From the human T2T-CHM13v2.0 reference genome, Homo sapiens, in the NCBI RefSeq assembly GCF_009914755.1, contig NC_060928.1: a stretch of DNA of 64,000 nucleotides; one strand, 5' to 3'. The notes beneath the pieces are model-generated. The model was given only the letters and a program-made list of their open reading frames with translations, had not been told where the DNA came from and did not search any database. Below, piece after piece: positions 13,916-25,362 of this stretch; the first letter of the stretch is position 1; each line of letters starts with the position of its first letter. The position numbers and the translations under genes were made by a program.

Positions 13916-14953
13916 AACTGGTAAGAGTAGAGGTTGCAAAATTGGGGACATTTTTTTAAAGGCCAGATAGCTTGCTTATCTGGCTGAGATATACCAAGCT
14001 CAAAAATTTAGGCTGTGTGTAATAGGAAGCCACTCCAAGTTTTGTGAACACCTAAGTTTTATTAGGCACTTAAAAATGCTTTATGACGTATAGGCCAGTT
14101 GAACAGAATAGAGAGCCTAGAAATAAACACATACCTATAGATAAACTGATTTTCAACCCAGGTGAAAAGAATACATAATGAGAAAAGGAGAGTTTCTTCA
14201 ATAAATAGTGTTGAGTAAACTGGATATCTGTATGCAAAAGAATGAAATTGAACCCTTATGTCTTATTCAAAAATGAACTCAAAATTTATTAAAGACTTAA
14301 ACATAAATGTTGAAACCATAAAACTCCTAGGAGAAAATATAGGAAAAAAAACTTCTTGATATTGGCCTTGGTAATTGTTTCTTGAATGTGGCACTAAAAG
14401 CACAGGGGAAAACAGAAATAAACAGTGGAGTTACATTAAACTAACAGGCTTCTGCACAGCAAAGAAAGTAATCAATAAAATGAAAAGGCAACTTATAGAC
14501 TAGGAGAAAATATTCACAAATCATACGTCTGCTGAAATGTTAATGTCCAAAACATATAAGCAAATTCTACAGTTTGATAGTAAACACAGCAAAAACAAAA
14601 ACAAAATACAATAAAAAACCCCCAAACCAAACCAAACCAAAACCACAAATAGCCCCATTAAAAAATGGGCAAAGGACCTGAATAAATGTTTCTTTCAAAG
14701 AAACTTAGAAATGGCCAAGAGGTATATGAAAAGGTGTTCAATATCACCAATCATCAGGGAGATGCAAATCAAAACCATGATATCATTTTACATCTGTCAG
14801 GGTGGCTATAATCATAAAACCAAAAGGTACATGTTAAGGAGGATGTACAGATAAGGAAAACCTGTATACTTTTGGTAGAAATGTAAATTGGTGCCACCAT
14901 TATGGAAAACTGTATATAAATTTCTCAAAAAATTTAAAATAGAACTACCATTT

Positions 14954-15347
14954 TGTGATAGTTAATACTGAGTGTCAACTTGATTGGGTTGAAGGATGCA
15001 AAGTATTGATCCTGGGTGTGTCTGTGAGGGTGTTGCCAAAGGAGATTACCATTGGAGTCAGTGGGCTGGGAAAGGCAGACCCACCCTTAATCTGGGTGGG
15101 CAACATCTAATCAGCTGCCAGTGCAGCTAGAATATAAGGCAGGCAGAAAAACGTGAAAAGACTAGACTGGCCTAGCCTCCTAGCCTACATCTTTCTCCCT
15201 GTACTGGATGCTTCCTGCCCTCAGACATTGGACTCCAAGTTCTTCAGTTTTGGGACTTGGGCTGGCTCTCCTTGCTCCTCAGCTTGCAGACGGCCTATTG
15301 TAGGACCTTGTGATTATGTGAGTTAATACTTAATAAACTCCCCTTTT

Positions 15348-15398
<51 letters not shown>

Positions 15399-15552
15399 CC
15401 TATTAGTTCTATCCCTCTGGAGAACCCTATTCTCCTATTGTAGGACCTTGTGATTATGTGAGTTAATACTTAATAAACTCGTATGTGTGTGTATGTATAT
15501 ATATATATATCTCCTATTAGTTCTGTCCCTCTGGAGAACCCTGACTAGTACA
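14954..15552 (+). mobile_element. MLT2A (HERV-L) solo LTR, MLT2A1-like, with duplicated 3' part
   Basis: tgtgatagttaatactgagtgtcaacttgattgg...gagaaccctgactagtaca; TG...CA ends; 5-bp TSD cattt/catgt (4/5). Confidence 0.9.
15348..15398. repeat. (TCTA)n / GATA tetranucleotide STR, about 12 units
   Basis: Direct reading. Confidence 0.97.
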
Positions 15553-16072
15553 CATGTATAATTCAGCAATCCCACTTCTGGGTATATATTCAAAAATATT
15601 GCAGTCATAATCTTGAAGAGATATCTGCACTCCCATGATCATTGAGACATTATTCACAATAGCTGAAACATAGAAGCAACATAAATGACCATCAATAGAC
15701 AGATGGATGAAGAAAAGGTGGTACATTCATGTAATGGCATATTATTCAGCCTTAAATAGGAACTATGGCTATTTGGATGAACCTGGAGGACATTTTGCTA
15801 ACTGAAATAAGATAGATATAGAAAGGCAAACACTAGATAACACTACATCTTTGATGGATCTAAAACAGTCAAACTCATAGAAGTAGAGAGTAGAATGGTG
15901 GTTGCCAGGGGCTGAGGGGAGGGAAGTATTAGTTAAAGGTCACAATGTTTCAGTTACATAGGATGAATAAGCCCTAGAGATGTACTGTACAGCATAGTGC
16001 CTATAGTTAATAATACTGTATTATATACTTAAAATTTTGTTAAGAGGATAGATCTCATGTTAAGTGTTGTTA

Positions 16073-16074
<2 letters not shown>

Positions 16075-16109
<35 letters not shown>
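16075..16109. repeat. (CA)n microsatellite, about 17 units
   Basis: Direct reading. Confidence 0.97.
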
Positions 16110-16111
<2 letters not shown>

Positions 16112-17263
16112 GATGGTGGGAGGCAACTTTTAGAGGTGATGGATACATTTGCAGCATAGATTGTGGTGACGGTTCCACAGGTATATAATCTTCAAACTCA
16201 TCAAAATAGTATATATTAAATATGTGCAGCTTTTGTATGCCAATCATACCTCAATAAAGTGGTTAAACATGCTATATAAATTAGGTATTATAAATACCTA
16301 ATTTCTTCTGTCTTTGGGGGTAGGGATTATTGCCATTATATATATATATAATGTATATATATTATAAATAACTGATGCTCAGGGATGACAAATGGCCTTC
16401 TCGGTATCAAAAAGTTGGCACAAAATGGAGTGGGGCTTTAAACTACAATCTGTCTCTGAGGTCTTTCTACATTTTGTTAAGCAATATATCAGAAGTAATT
16501 GTTGTAAATGGTTATTTGAAGTAATCACTCTTTCACTGATTCCTTACTTGAAGGTTTAGGTCATATTTAAAGCTTACACACAATACCAGTGAACCCAGAT
16601 TTTTTTCAGTTCCACAGTGGTTCTTTGGCCTGCTAGAATCATGTGTTTATGGAGAAAGCCAATATAGCACACAGCCTGTTACATTAGTTTGGATGCCATT
16701 CAAAGTGTGGCTGGCAAATACTTCTGCCAAAGGAAATTTCAGTATAAAAGTGCTGCTGCTGAAGGCTATTGAGCTACCTATTTGTAAAAGCTATCTGAGT
16801 CATTTTTCTTTTCATCCTCTATCACCAGTGGTGGGTAATTCTTTAGTTCCTGTATTACTTTTCTAGTCATTCTTTTAGAATGGCAATCTCACGCAATGGT
16901 TGCCTGGAATGTGCCAATTTCTTGTGGTTTCTCCTATGATTATGTTTGGAGATGTTGAGAGAGAGGGTGAAACATGTAAAACCAATCTACTAATATCAGC
17001 TAACTTAAGTAAAGTTTGTTTCAAATAAATTGCTCCGGAAGCCACCATGAATCATTACATAAGCCACATTTTTCTGAAATGTAGGTGAGCAAAACTAAGC
17101 TTAGTTTCTTTCTTTATACATTTATTTAACACCTAATACAGGTGTTCATAGCATTTATTACTCTTCTAATTTTTTTATTAATCTCTTTATCACCTTCTAG
17201 ATTGTCATCTCTATTAGTACAAAAATCTTTGTTGCCTTTCTCAGCACTTTACTGCTAGCATCT

Positions 17264-18339
17264 TGTTGCCAGAAGTCAGGGACCCCAAATGGAGGGATTG
17301 GCTGAAGCCATGGCAGAAGAACGTGGATTGTGAAGATTTCATGGACATTTATTAGTTCCCCAAATTAATACTTTTATAATTTCTTATGCCTGTCTTTACT
17401 GCAATCTCTACACATAAATTGTGAAGATTTCATGGACACTTATCACTTCCCCAATCAATACCCTTGTGATTTCCTATGCCTGTCTTTACTTTAATCTCTT
17501 AATCCTGTCATCTCATAAGATGAGGAGGATGTATGTCACCTCAGGACCCTGTGATGATTGCGTTAACTGCACAAATTGTAGAGCATGTGTGTTTGAACAA
17601 TGTGAAATTTGGGCACCTTGAAATAAGAACAGGATAACAGCAATGTTCAGGGAATAAGAGAGATAACCTTAAACTCTGACCACTGGTGAGCCGGGAGGAA
17701 CAGAGCCATATTTCTCTTCTTTCAAAAGCAAATGGGAGAAATATCACTGAATTCTTTTTCTCAGCAAGGAACATCCCTGAGAAAGAGAATGCGCCCCTGA
17801 GGGTAGGCCTCTAAAATGGCCCCCTTGGGTGTGGCCGTCTTCTGTGGTCGAAACTGTAGGGATGAAATAAGCCCCAGTCTCCCATAGTGCTCCCAGGCTT
17901 GTTAGGATGAGGAAATTCCCGCCTAATAAATTTTGGTCAGACCGGTTGCTCTCAAACCCTGTCTCCTGATAAGATGTTATCAATGACAATGGTGCCCAAA
18001 ACTTCATTAGCAATTTTAATTTCACCCCAGTCCTGTGGTCCTGTGATCTCGCCCTGCCTCCATTTGCCTTATGATATTCTATTACCTTGTGAAGCATGTG
18101 ATCTCTGTGACCCACACCCTATTCGTACACTCCCTCCCCTTTTGAAAATCACTAATAAAAACTTGCTGGTTTTATGGCTTGTGGGGCGTCACAGAACCAC
18201 TGACATGTGATGTCTCCCCCAGACGCCCAGCTTTAAAATTTCTCTCTTTTGTACTCTGTCCTTTTATTTCTCGACCCGGCCGATGCTTAGGGAAAACAGA
18301 AAAGAAACTACGTGACTATCGGGGGCAGGTTCCCTGATA
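17264..18339 (+). mobile_element. MER11 (HERV-K11/HML-8) solo LTR, 1076 bp
   Basis: tgttgccagaagtcagggacccc...gggggcaggttccctgata; perfect 6-bp TSD gcatct at 17258-17263 and 18340-18345; AATAAA at 18154-18159; interrupts an L2 tail. Confidence 0.93.
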
Positions 18340-18484
18340 GCATCTCACATAGATCATGGCATGGAGTAAGCAGTTAAAAGGACAATTACTGGATGAATAA
18401 GTTAAAAACTTGCAATATTTTTGACTATTACAAAATTCTCCACTCTGGTACACAAAGGCAAATAATCACCTATATTCTTTAGAA

Positions 18485-18953
18485 CAGTGCTTCTCAAACT
18501 TTCATATATCTGAATTACCTGAGGATCTTGTTAAAATGCAGTTGGCTGGCCAGGTGCGGTGGCTCACGCCTGTAATCCCAGCACTTTGGGAGACTGAGGC
18601 GGGCAGATAACGAGGTCAGGAGATCGAGACCATCCTGGCTAACATGGTGAAACCCCGTCTCTACTAAAAATACAAAAAAAAAAATTAGCAGGATGTGGTG
18701 GCGGGTGCCTGTAATCCCAGCTACTCGGGAGGCTGAGGCAGGAGAATGGCATGAACCTGGGAGGCGGAGCTTGCAGTGAGCCGAGCTTCCAGCCTGGGCA
18801 ACAGAGTGAGAAGCCATCTCAAAAACAAACGAACAAAAACAAAAAACAAATGCAGTTGGCTTTAGCAGAGATGGGACAGGGCCTGAAACTGCATTTCTAA
18901 CAAACACCTGGATGATGCCACAGTTCTTGTCATCAGACATTTTGAGAAGCAGC
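18485..18953. mobile_element. MER5A-like hAT MITE split by an Alu
   Basis: cagtgcttctcaaactt...gatcttgttaaaatgcag / ctgcatttctaacaa...tttgagaagc. Confidence 0.75.
18548..18847 (+). mobile_element. AluY-like, short deletion in right arm
   Basis: gagatcgagaccatcctggctaac and ggcggagcttgcagtgag diagnostics; TSD aaatgcagttggct at 18534-18547 and 18848-18861. Confidence 0.93.
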
Positions 18954-20779
18954 TGTTGGAACACCTCAGCCATGAACTGCTGTGTTCATATTGCTACTTC
19001 TTCCTCCAATTTCATTTATTTGCTGGCTGGCCTAACTGGCTTTCCGTCAGAAATTCATTAACCTTCTTTAGATAGAAAAATCATTGTGGCTACTCAGCCT
19101 GGGACACACTAGATGGGTACTCTCTCTGAGAAGCAACTCAATTGCAAGTTACAGCCTTCAGTTGATAGGATCTGTCCTTGTGACTTTTGATTTTGGGTTC
19201 ATATCTGAAGCTCCCATTTATTTTCTTTGTGTCACTCTCTTAATACAGGTAGTGCATCTCTCTGTCAGCAGATACTAATGGCTGGCCTTTCCCCTTATTG
19301 TCACAGGCTTTGAAGGACTGTCCAAGATAAAATGTATGTGTGCTTGACATTTCCCATGTTAAGTTGGATGATTCTTAAAATACCCTACTAAATATTGCAA
19401 AAATCTATCTATATTTTAGAGGGATATAAAAACCAAAAAACAGGATCAACACATACAAGTTTTATTATATTTATGGAGATTCTTTTTCTGTACATGGGGT
19501 TATTGAGAGGAATGAGTAAAACATCTAGCTCAGCTATGTGATAAGAACTTAATACAGGGATCTATTGTAATATTTTTATCGATTTCATTACCGTTGGCTT
19601 GAGGTGTGTCCAGTGCTACACAATATAGGCATTTTATGGATTCCAATGGGGTTATAATATGCCTTTTGTTATAAATTAGCTAGAAACTGAGAAGTTCTAT
19701 CTGTGGCCCCAGCTCTGACTCAGGCTATTTACTGACCATCTTCTAGATTATTTTTAATAGAAGAGGAACAATTTTTCAAATCATTAAATTCCGTTTAGGC
19801 TTTTTTAACCTTAAATAGTATTTAAGTAATGACATTATTCATTTTCTTCTCCTAAATATTTCCTGAGCTCCATCAATTCCCTTTTCATGATGGTCTATTG
19901 TTTAGGCAAGTTTTTTCCTTATCTTTTTCATTTTTGATTTATTCTTTAATTTCATGACTTCTACCACTTTCTTATTTTATCTCATATTTAATATTAGGTT
20001 ACAATTTTCTTCTACTTTGCAGCTATATTTTATTGCTATTCTTTCATTATCTGTTAGCACATTGATCAGGACTTTTTCCTTTAGTTCTTAGGATATAATT
20101 TCATGAGGTTGGATGGCTAGCCTTTTCTTCTTTTCATGGCTAATCAGATGGGTTTTCCTCTATTCTCAGAAGTAGGTTCCTGTGCAGGGGGTGGGGTAGG
20201 TCAAGGTAGCTTTCTCAGTTTTTTACTCACGGCCTTTCTCTTCTATGGTTACCACAAAGTATTAAAACTGTGGCCTCTTTGTGTAGAAATGTCCACAGAT
20301 CTGATATCTGCCTTCTCAGCACATTTTACATCCAGTAACTGGACCCCTGGCCTCCTGACCTGTTCAATTTGGATTCTGTTTCTGGAAGATTTTCTTCTCC
20401 CGCAGTGTGAGTTTTTGTGTTTATGAAAGGGAAACTGCTGAGTATTTCTGAAATGCTCAAGTATTTAAGCAGCCTCAGAAAATCCTACTTCTTCCAGAGA
20501 CTCTTGCTGAGTCCGTGCCGTCTTTTCTCGTCATGCTAAGCTGTGATTGCTATTTATTCCACCCCTAGTAGAATCCTCTCTTTTTGGGGGTATTTGTTAG
20601 AAATACATAAAATAAAGCTTGGAGGCACTCGAGATCATCAGAATTCCCTATATCTTCCCTTCATTATTTCTGCAAAGTGTTAAATCCATGCAGATTTGGG
20701 CCCTCTCACTCATATTCTGGAAGATGGCTGTGCTATCCTAGATGCTTTGTCAGTTATTAAGAGGATTTAAGGAGTGAGT

Positions 20780-20935
20780 GATTGTGTAGAATTACCTGGG
20801 AAGCTTTTGAAAAATACCAATACCTACCCCTTGCTTCCAAGATTCAGTCAGTCTGAAGCGGGGCCCAGGAATCAGCATTTTAAAATTGCTCCCGCCATGT
20901 TCTAGAACGCAACTATGGCAAGTAACTGCTGTTCT
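20780..20935. mobile_element. MER5-like hAT MITE
   Basis: attacctgggaagctttt..gtctgaagcggggcccaggaatcagcatttt. Confidence 0.6.
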
Positions 20936-21026
20936 AGGTCGATTTTAAGTTTCATACTCAATTCAATTGGTGCATAGTTTGCCTAGCCTACACACAAGGC
21001 AGACTGGGACAACTAGAAGTCATTCT

Positions 21027-21346
21027 CTTTTCTTTCTTTTTTCTTTTTTTCTTTTTTTTGACATAGGGTCTCACTCTGTGATACAGGCTGGAATGCAGTG
21101 GCACGATATGGCTCACTGCAGCCTCGAGCTCCTGGGATTGAGTAATCCTCCCACCTCAGCCTCCCTAGTAGCTGGGATTACAGGCACAGGCATGCACTAC
21201 CACACCCAGCTTTTTTTTTTTTTTTTTGTAGAGACATGGTCTCACTATGTTACCTAGGGCGGTCGTGAACCCCTGGGCTCAAACAATCCTCCCACCTCTG
21301 CCTTCCAAAGTGCTGGAGTTACAGACATAAGCCATCATGCACGGCC
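21027..21346 (-). mobile_element. AluJ
   Basis: Diverged Alu antisense with ctgggctcaa motif; TSD cta(g/a)aagtcattct at 21013-21026 and 21348-21361. Confidence 0.92.
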
Positions 21347-22666
21347 CCTAAAAGTCATTCTTTTAATACAAATGCAGCATTTTTTTTTCTCATAGAAATG
21401 TAAAATCAAATCCTTCCTCTAAAAATATCATTCTGCAGTATCTCCTCTATTTTTTTTCCCTCTTGCCATCAGAAAATATTTTGAAAAGTTAAGGGCTTTT
21501 TATCTTTATGAAATGTGAGCACAGAAGAAGCAATTCTAGTCAAAATATAGTCCTGACTCGACTGTTTTTATTTTTAAATATTTTCTTATGCTTTTAATTG
21601 TATTCAAAGAATTACTAGGTTTCTAGTTTCTTGGTGCTGAGAAGAGATTTGCTAATTCAATATTGTCCTCAAAAAAACAAAGTGAATAGAATTTTACTAC
21701 AGAAAGGGATGCCAATTATATATACACAATTTAAAATTTTTTCCTTTATATTGAATTTTCTTAAGGGACAAAGTAGTATTCATCTTCAGTCACTTTAGCA
21801 CTTATAAAATATATGGCATAAATTAAAGTAAAAATTTGTTAAGCAAATAAAACGTTGTATGAAATGAATGACAAAAATGCCAGCATTCATTCCACAGGTT
21901 TTTTATACCAATCGTGCCAATAATTATTTAGTATATATGATGTTTAAGAGCTACATTAAATAATTTTTGTTAGATTCAGAGTATATGCATTTCTAGAGAC
22001 AACACCATAGGGTACATGATTAGATTGCTTCAGTTTATAGAATAATGTCAAGAAAAAAATGGCGTGTCACAGAATAAATTTTAAGAAATTAAGAGAACAA
22101 TCTTTAAAATTTAAGGATATATTTAGAGTGTCTTTAGGAAAGTCTGGCTTAATGTCCAACATTTAGTGCACTGATCATGTGGACATGAATCTTTGATCTT
22201 CATTTTCTTATAAACTTTTATTCCTTTGGTTGAATTTATTATATATACATATCTATGTATATTTATGTGTATATATCCACATATATATAATCATAAAATG
22301 TGTATTTTTATAAGAGATGTATTGTTTGTACAAGAAAGATTAGTACATTCTATTATACATTCCAGTGTCATCTTCAAGCTACTGCCAGGTAATAACTATG
22401 TATTCTTATATTTAGTCAAACATTTTCCCATTTCCTTAATGGGAAAGGCCAAATGAAGTCAAGACTAAATAAACTGATCAATCCAGCAAGGAAAAGTAAA
22501 TTTAGAACTGAAGAAAGGCTTTGTTTGCTTTGAAATACGTCACAGCACCCTAGTTTGGCAGGGGCCTTTATTAATCCAGTTTATACCTCATATAAGGATA
22601 CAGTTGACCTTTTTAAAAACTGTTCTCACAGTGTGAGGTAGATGAGTTCTTGATGATGAGAGCTGA

Positions 22667-23059
<393 letters not shown>

Positions 23060-24494
23060 ACTTGTAGGTTTTGAATGCACATTTTAAAAATAAGTGACAG
23101 CGTTCATTTTATACTCTTCAGATTCCCCAAAGGAGATACTCTGCATAATTAGATTATTGTCTAATACAAATAGAAAAGGTGATACAGATGTGGCATGGTG
23201 CATTATTTTAAGAGGTGGCCTTTGGTAATGCTAGTAAATATTCCTCTTCTCCTAAAAAAAGAGCCACAGGGGTGAGTTTCCTTACTGGACAATGCTGTAT
23301 GCAAGTACATGCCAGGAGTGATCTGGATTCAAAATTCAGCATAAAACACTGTATTAGAATTGATCACCCCAGAGGCTATAAATACAAAATGTCTGACAAA
23401 GGCCCTGACAAATAAGAAATGTATCAGAAAACAAGCCAATTGTGGATCACATATAAGAAGTCAGCAGCAAGCTTTGTTGGGCTGTCTTTTTCTGCTGAGT
23501 AGAGATAAGATTGATTGGCGCAACTTTAGGCAACCTCCCGTATGCAGCAATAAGAACACAAAAAGTAGAGGATGGAGGGGGGATAGCGCAGATATATAGT
23601 TGGGGAGTTTCACAAGGAAATGAGGAAAAAATCAGCAAGAAATCTCTAGGGAAAGAGAATTAGCAGATGGCATGCCAAGTAAATACGAACTCCTGTCACT
23701 TATCACATTGACTATGATTATCTCTGCCTTGCTTACCATAATTAGACATGGAAAATGTTTTTTTTTTTTCGTCTGGAGAAAAGTTCCTGTTTTCCTAATA
23801 TAGGGTATAAAAATAACTAGATTATATAGTTACTTGATTAACACTCTAAGCATTGTATTTCTAGCTCTTTTATGTGAGAATCTTCAGTGGGGTTGTATTT
23901 GTGAACTGATCACACACTATAAACCAGTAAAAAAACCCCTACTTATTTGATCAATATAGATAAAGCAGAATGATATATTGTGGCTTTCTGATTGATTGGT
24001 AATAAAAAATGTTTGAGAAACAAAAGGAGACAACTAGAAAATACTTTAAAAATATTGTTTTTTTAGGACTCTAAATATTCCAGAATATATTTTTATTTTT
24101 ATTATTCAAATTATAAAAAGGAGCTGAACAGAATTTGTGTGTGGTTAGAGGTCTTTACCTGATTGCGTTCTCCCCTCTGGAGGAAGAATAATCTATGCAT
24201 TCTAAAACTGTAATTCCATGAAGCAAGATGATCATCAAGGTGCGTGAGTTAAATCAATATTTTAATTTTCAAATACATTATAAATGTCTAGAAAATATAT
24301 GTTTAGGGGAATTATTTTTAAGACATATTTGCAAGGCGGTTTCAAAGATATATATCAGCATTGTCACATAAATTGTTACATGAAAAATTGATGGTTGAAA
24401 CTAGCCCAGACACTTCTTTCCATTAAATACAGTAGAAAAAAATGGCAGTTTTCTAAGTGTCTTGTGTTACTTGGTACAAATGCCAAGAAATACT

Positions 24495-24742
24495 GTGGTG
24501 TGGTGGATAACAGTGTGAAGCTGGGAATCTGATGGACCACAGGCCAAGTTACAGCTCAGCTACTTAACAACCCTCTGACCTCGTGCATACTATTTATCTG
24601 CACAAGTAGCCTCCACATTTTCATCTGAAAAATGAGGCCAACTAATAGTCTCAGCATTGTGAAGATTAAATGGATTAAATCATGTAATATATTTAGCCCA
24701 ATAGCTGGCACATGGTAGCTCTCAAATTGTAGTTATTATTTT
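24495..24742 (+). mobile_element. MIR SINE, near full length
   Basis: tttcatctgaaaaatgagg...gtgaagattaaatg...ctggcacatggtagctctcaa. Confidence 0.8.
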
Positions 24743-24854
24743 ACTATTAGTTAATTGAATCACAAGAATTACAACACTACTTGAAAGAGAACCTTGATTT
24801 TTTAAAAATAAAAAAGTTCAGCGTTTTCTAGGTTGTCATTAAATATGTCCAAAT

Positions 24855-25362
24855 GAGAAGATTGCCATGCCAGGGACTCCACAATAGGCCTAGTATACCT
24901 CTCTGAACTTTTCTTCCATAGCTTACCTCCCTCCCACCATCCTGCAATTCTCTCTCCCAGCACAAATAACCCACTTTTGGTGAGCACACAGTCTTGTTTA
25001 CTACCGTAGCATTGCTTTGCTCATGTTGTATTCTTTGCTGAGAGTGTCCTTTTCCAGGTTTTTGGAAGTTCATACCCTTACCAGTAAAATCTTGTACAAA
25101 TCGAATTTTTAAATTCCTCATGGTGCCTCCTCCCTCACTTCTCCATCTGTCATGATGGGGAAAAGTACAAATCCTTCCTTCTTTGATCTGGAAAATTTAA
25201 TCTATTTCATTCTCCTCTGAAACTTAATTATGTGCTTGTCTTCCTTCTCCTATTTGACTGGAAGGCAAGAGTATATGTCTTATCCATCTGTTTACTTCCT
25301 CTCCAGCACAGCATTTTGCACAGAGGAGATGCTCTGTGAATACTTATGGAATGAATGAATAT
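24855..25362 (+). mobile_element. L2 3' fragment
   Basis: Ends gcacagaggagatgctc...gaatgaatgaat. Confidence 0.6.

Larger units (their letters stand above)
14090..16267 (+). mobile_element. L1M (L1MB1/2-like) 3' fragment interrupted by an MLT2 LTR
   Basis: Decayed ORF2 C-terminal region and 3'UTR ending cctcaataaagtggtt; colinear across 14954-15552. Confidence 0.85.

Noticed and set aside
17327-17500. About 90-bp direct repeat inside the LTR
   Set aside because: Part of the MER11 consensus as I recall it, not a local event
24121-24239. Possible plus-strand exon ending AAG|gtgcgt
   Set aside because: Poor acceptor, no supported reading frame or partner exon
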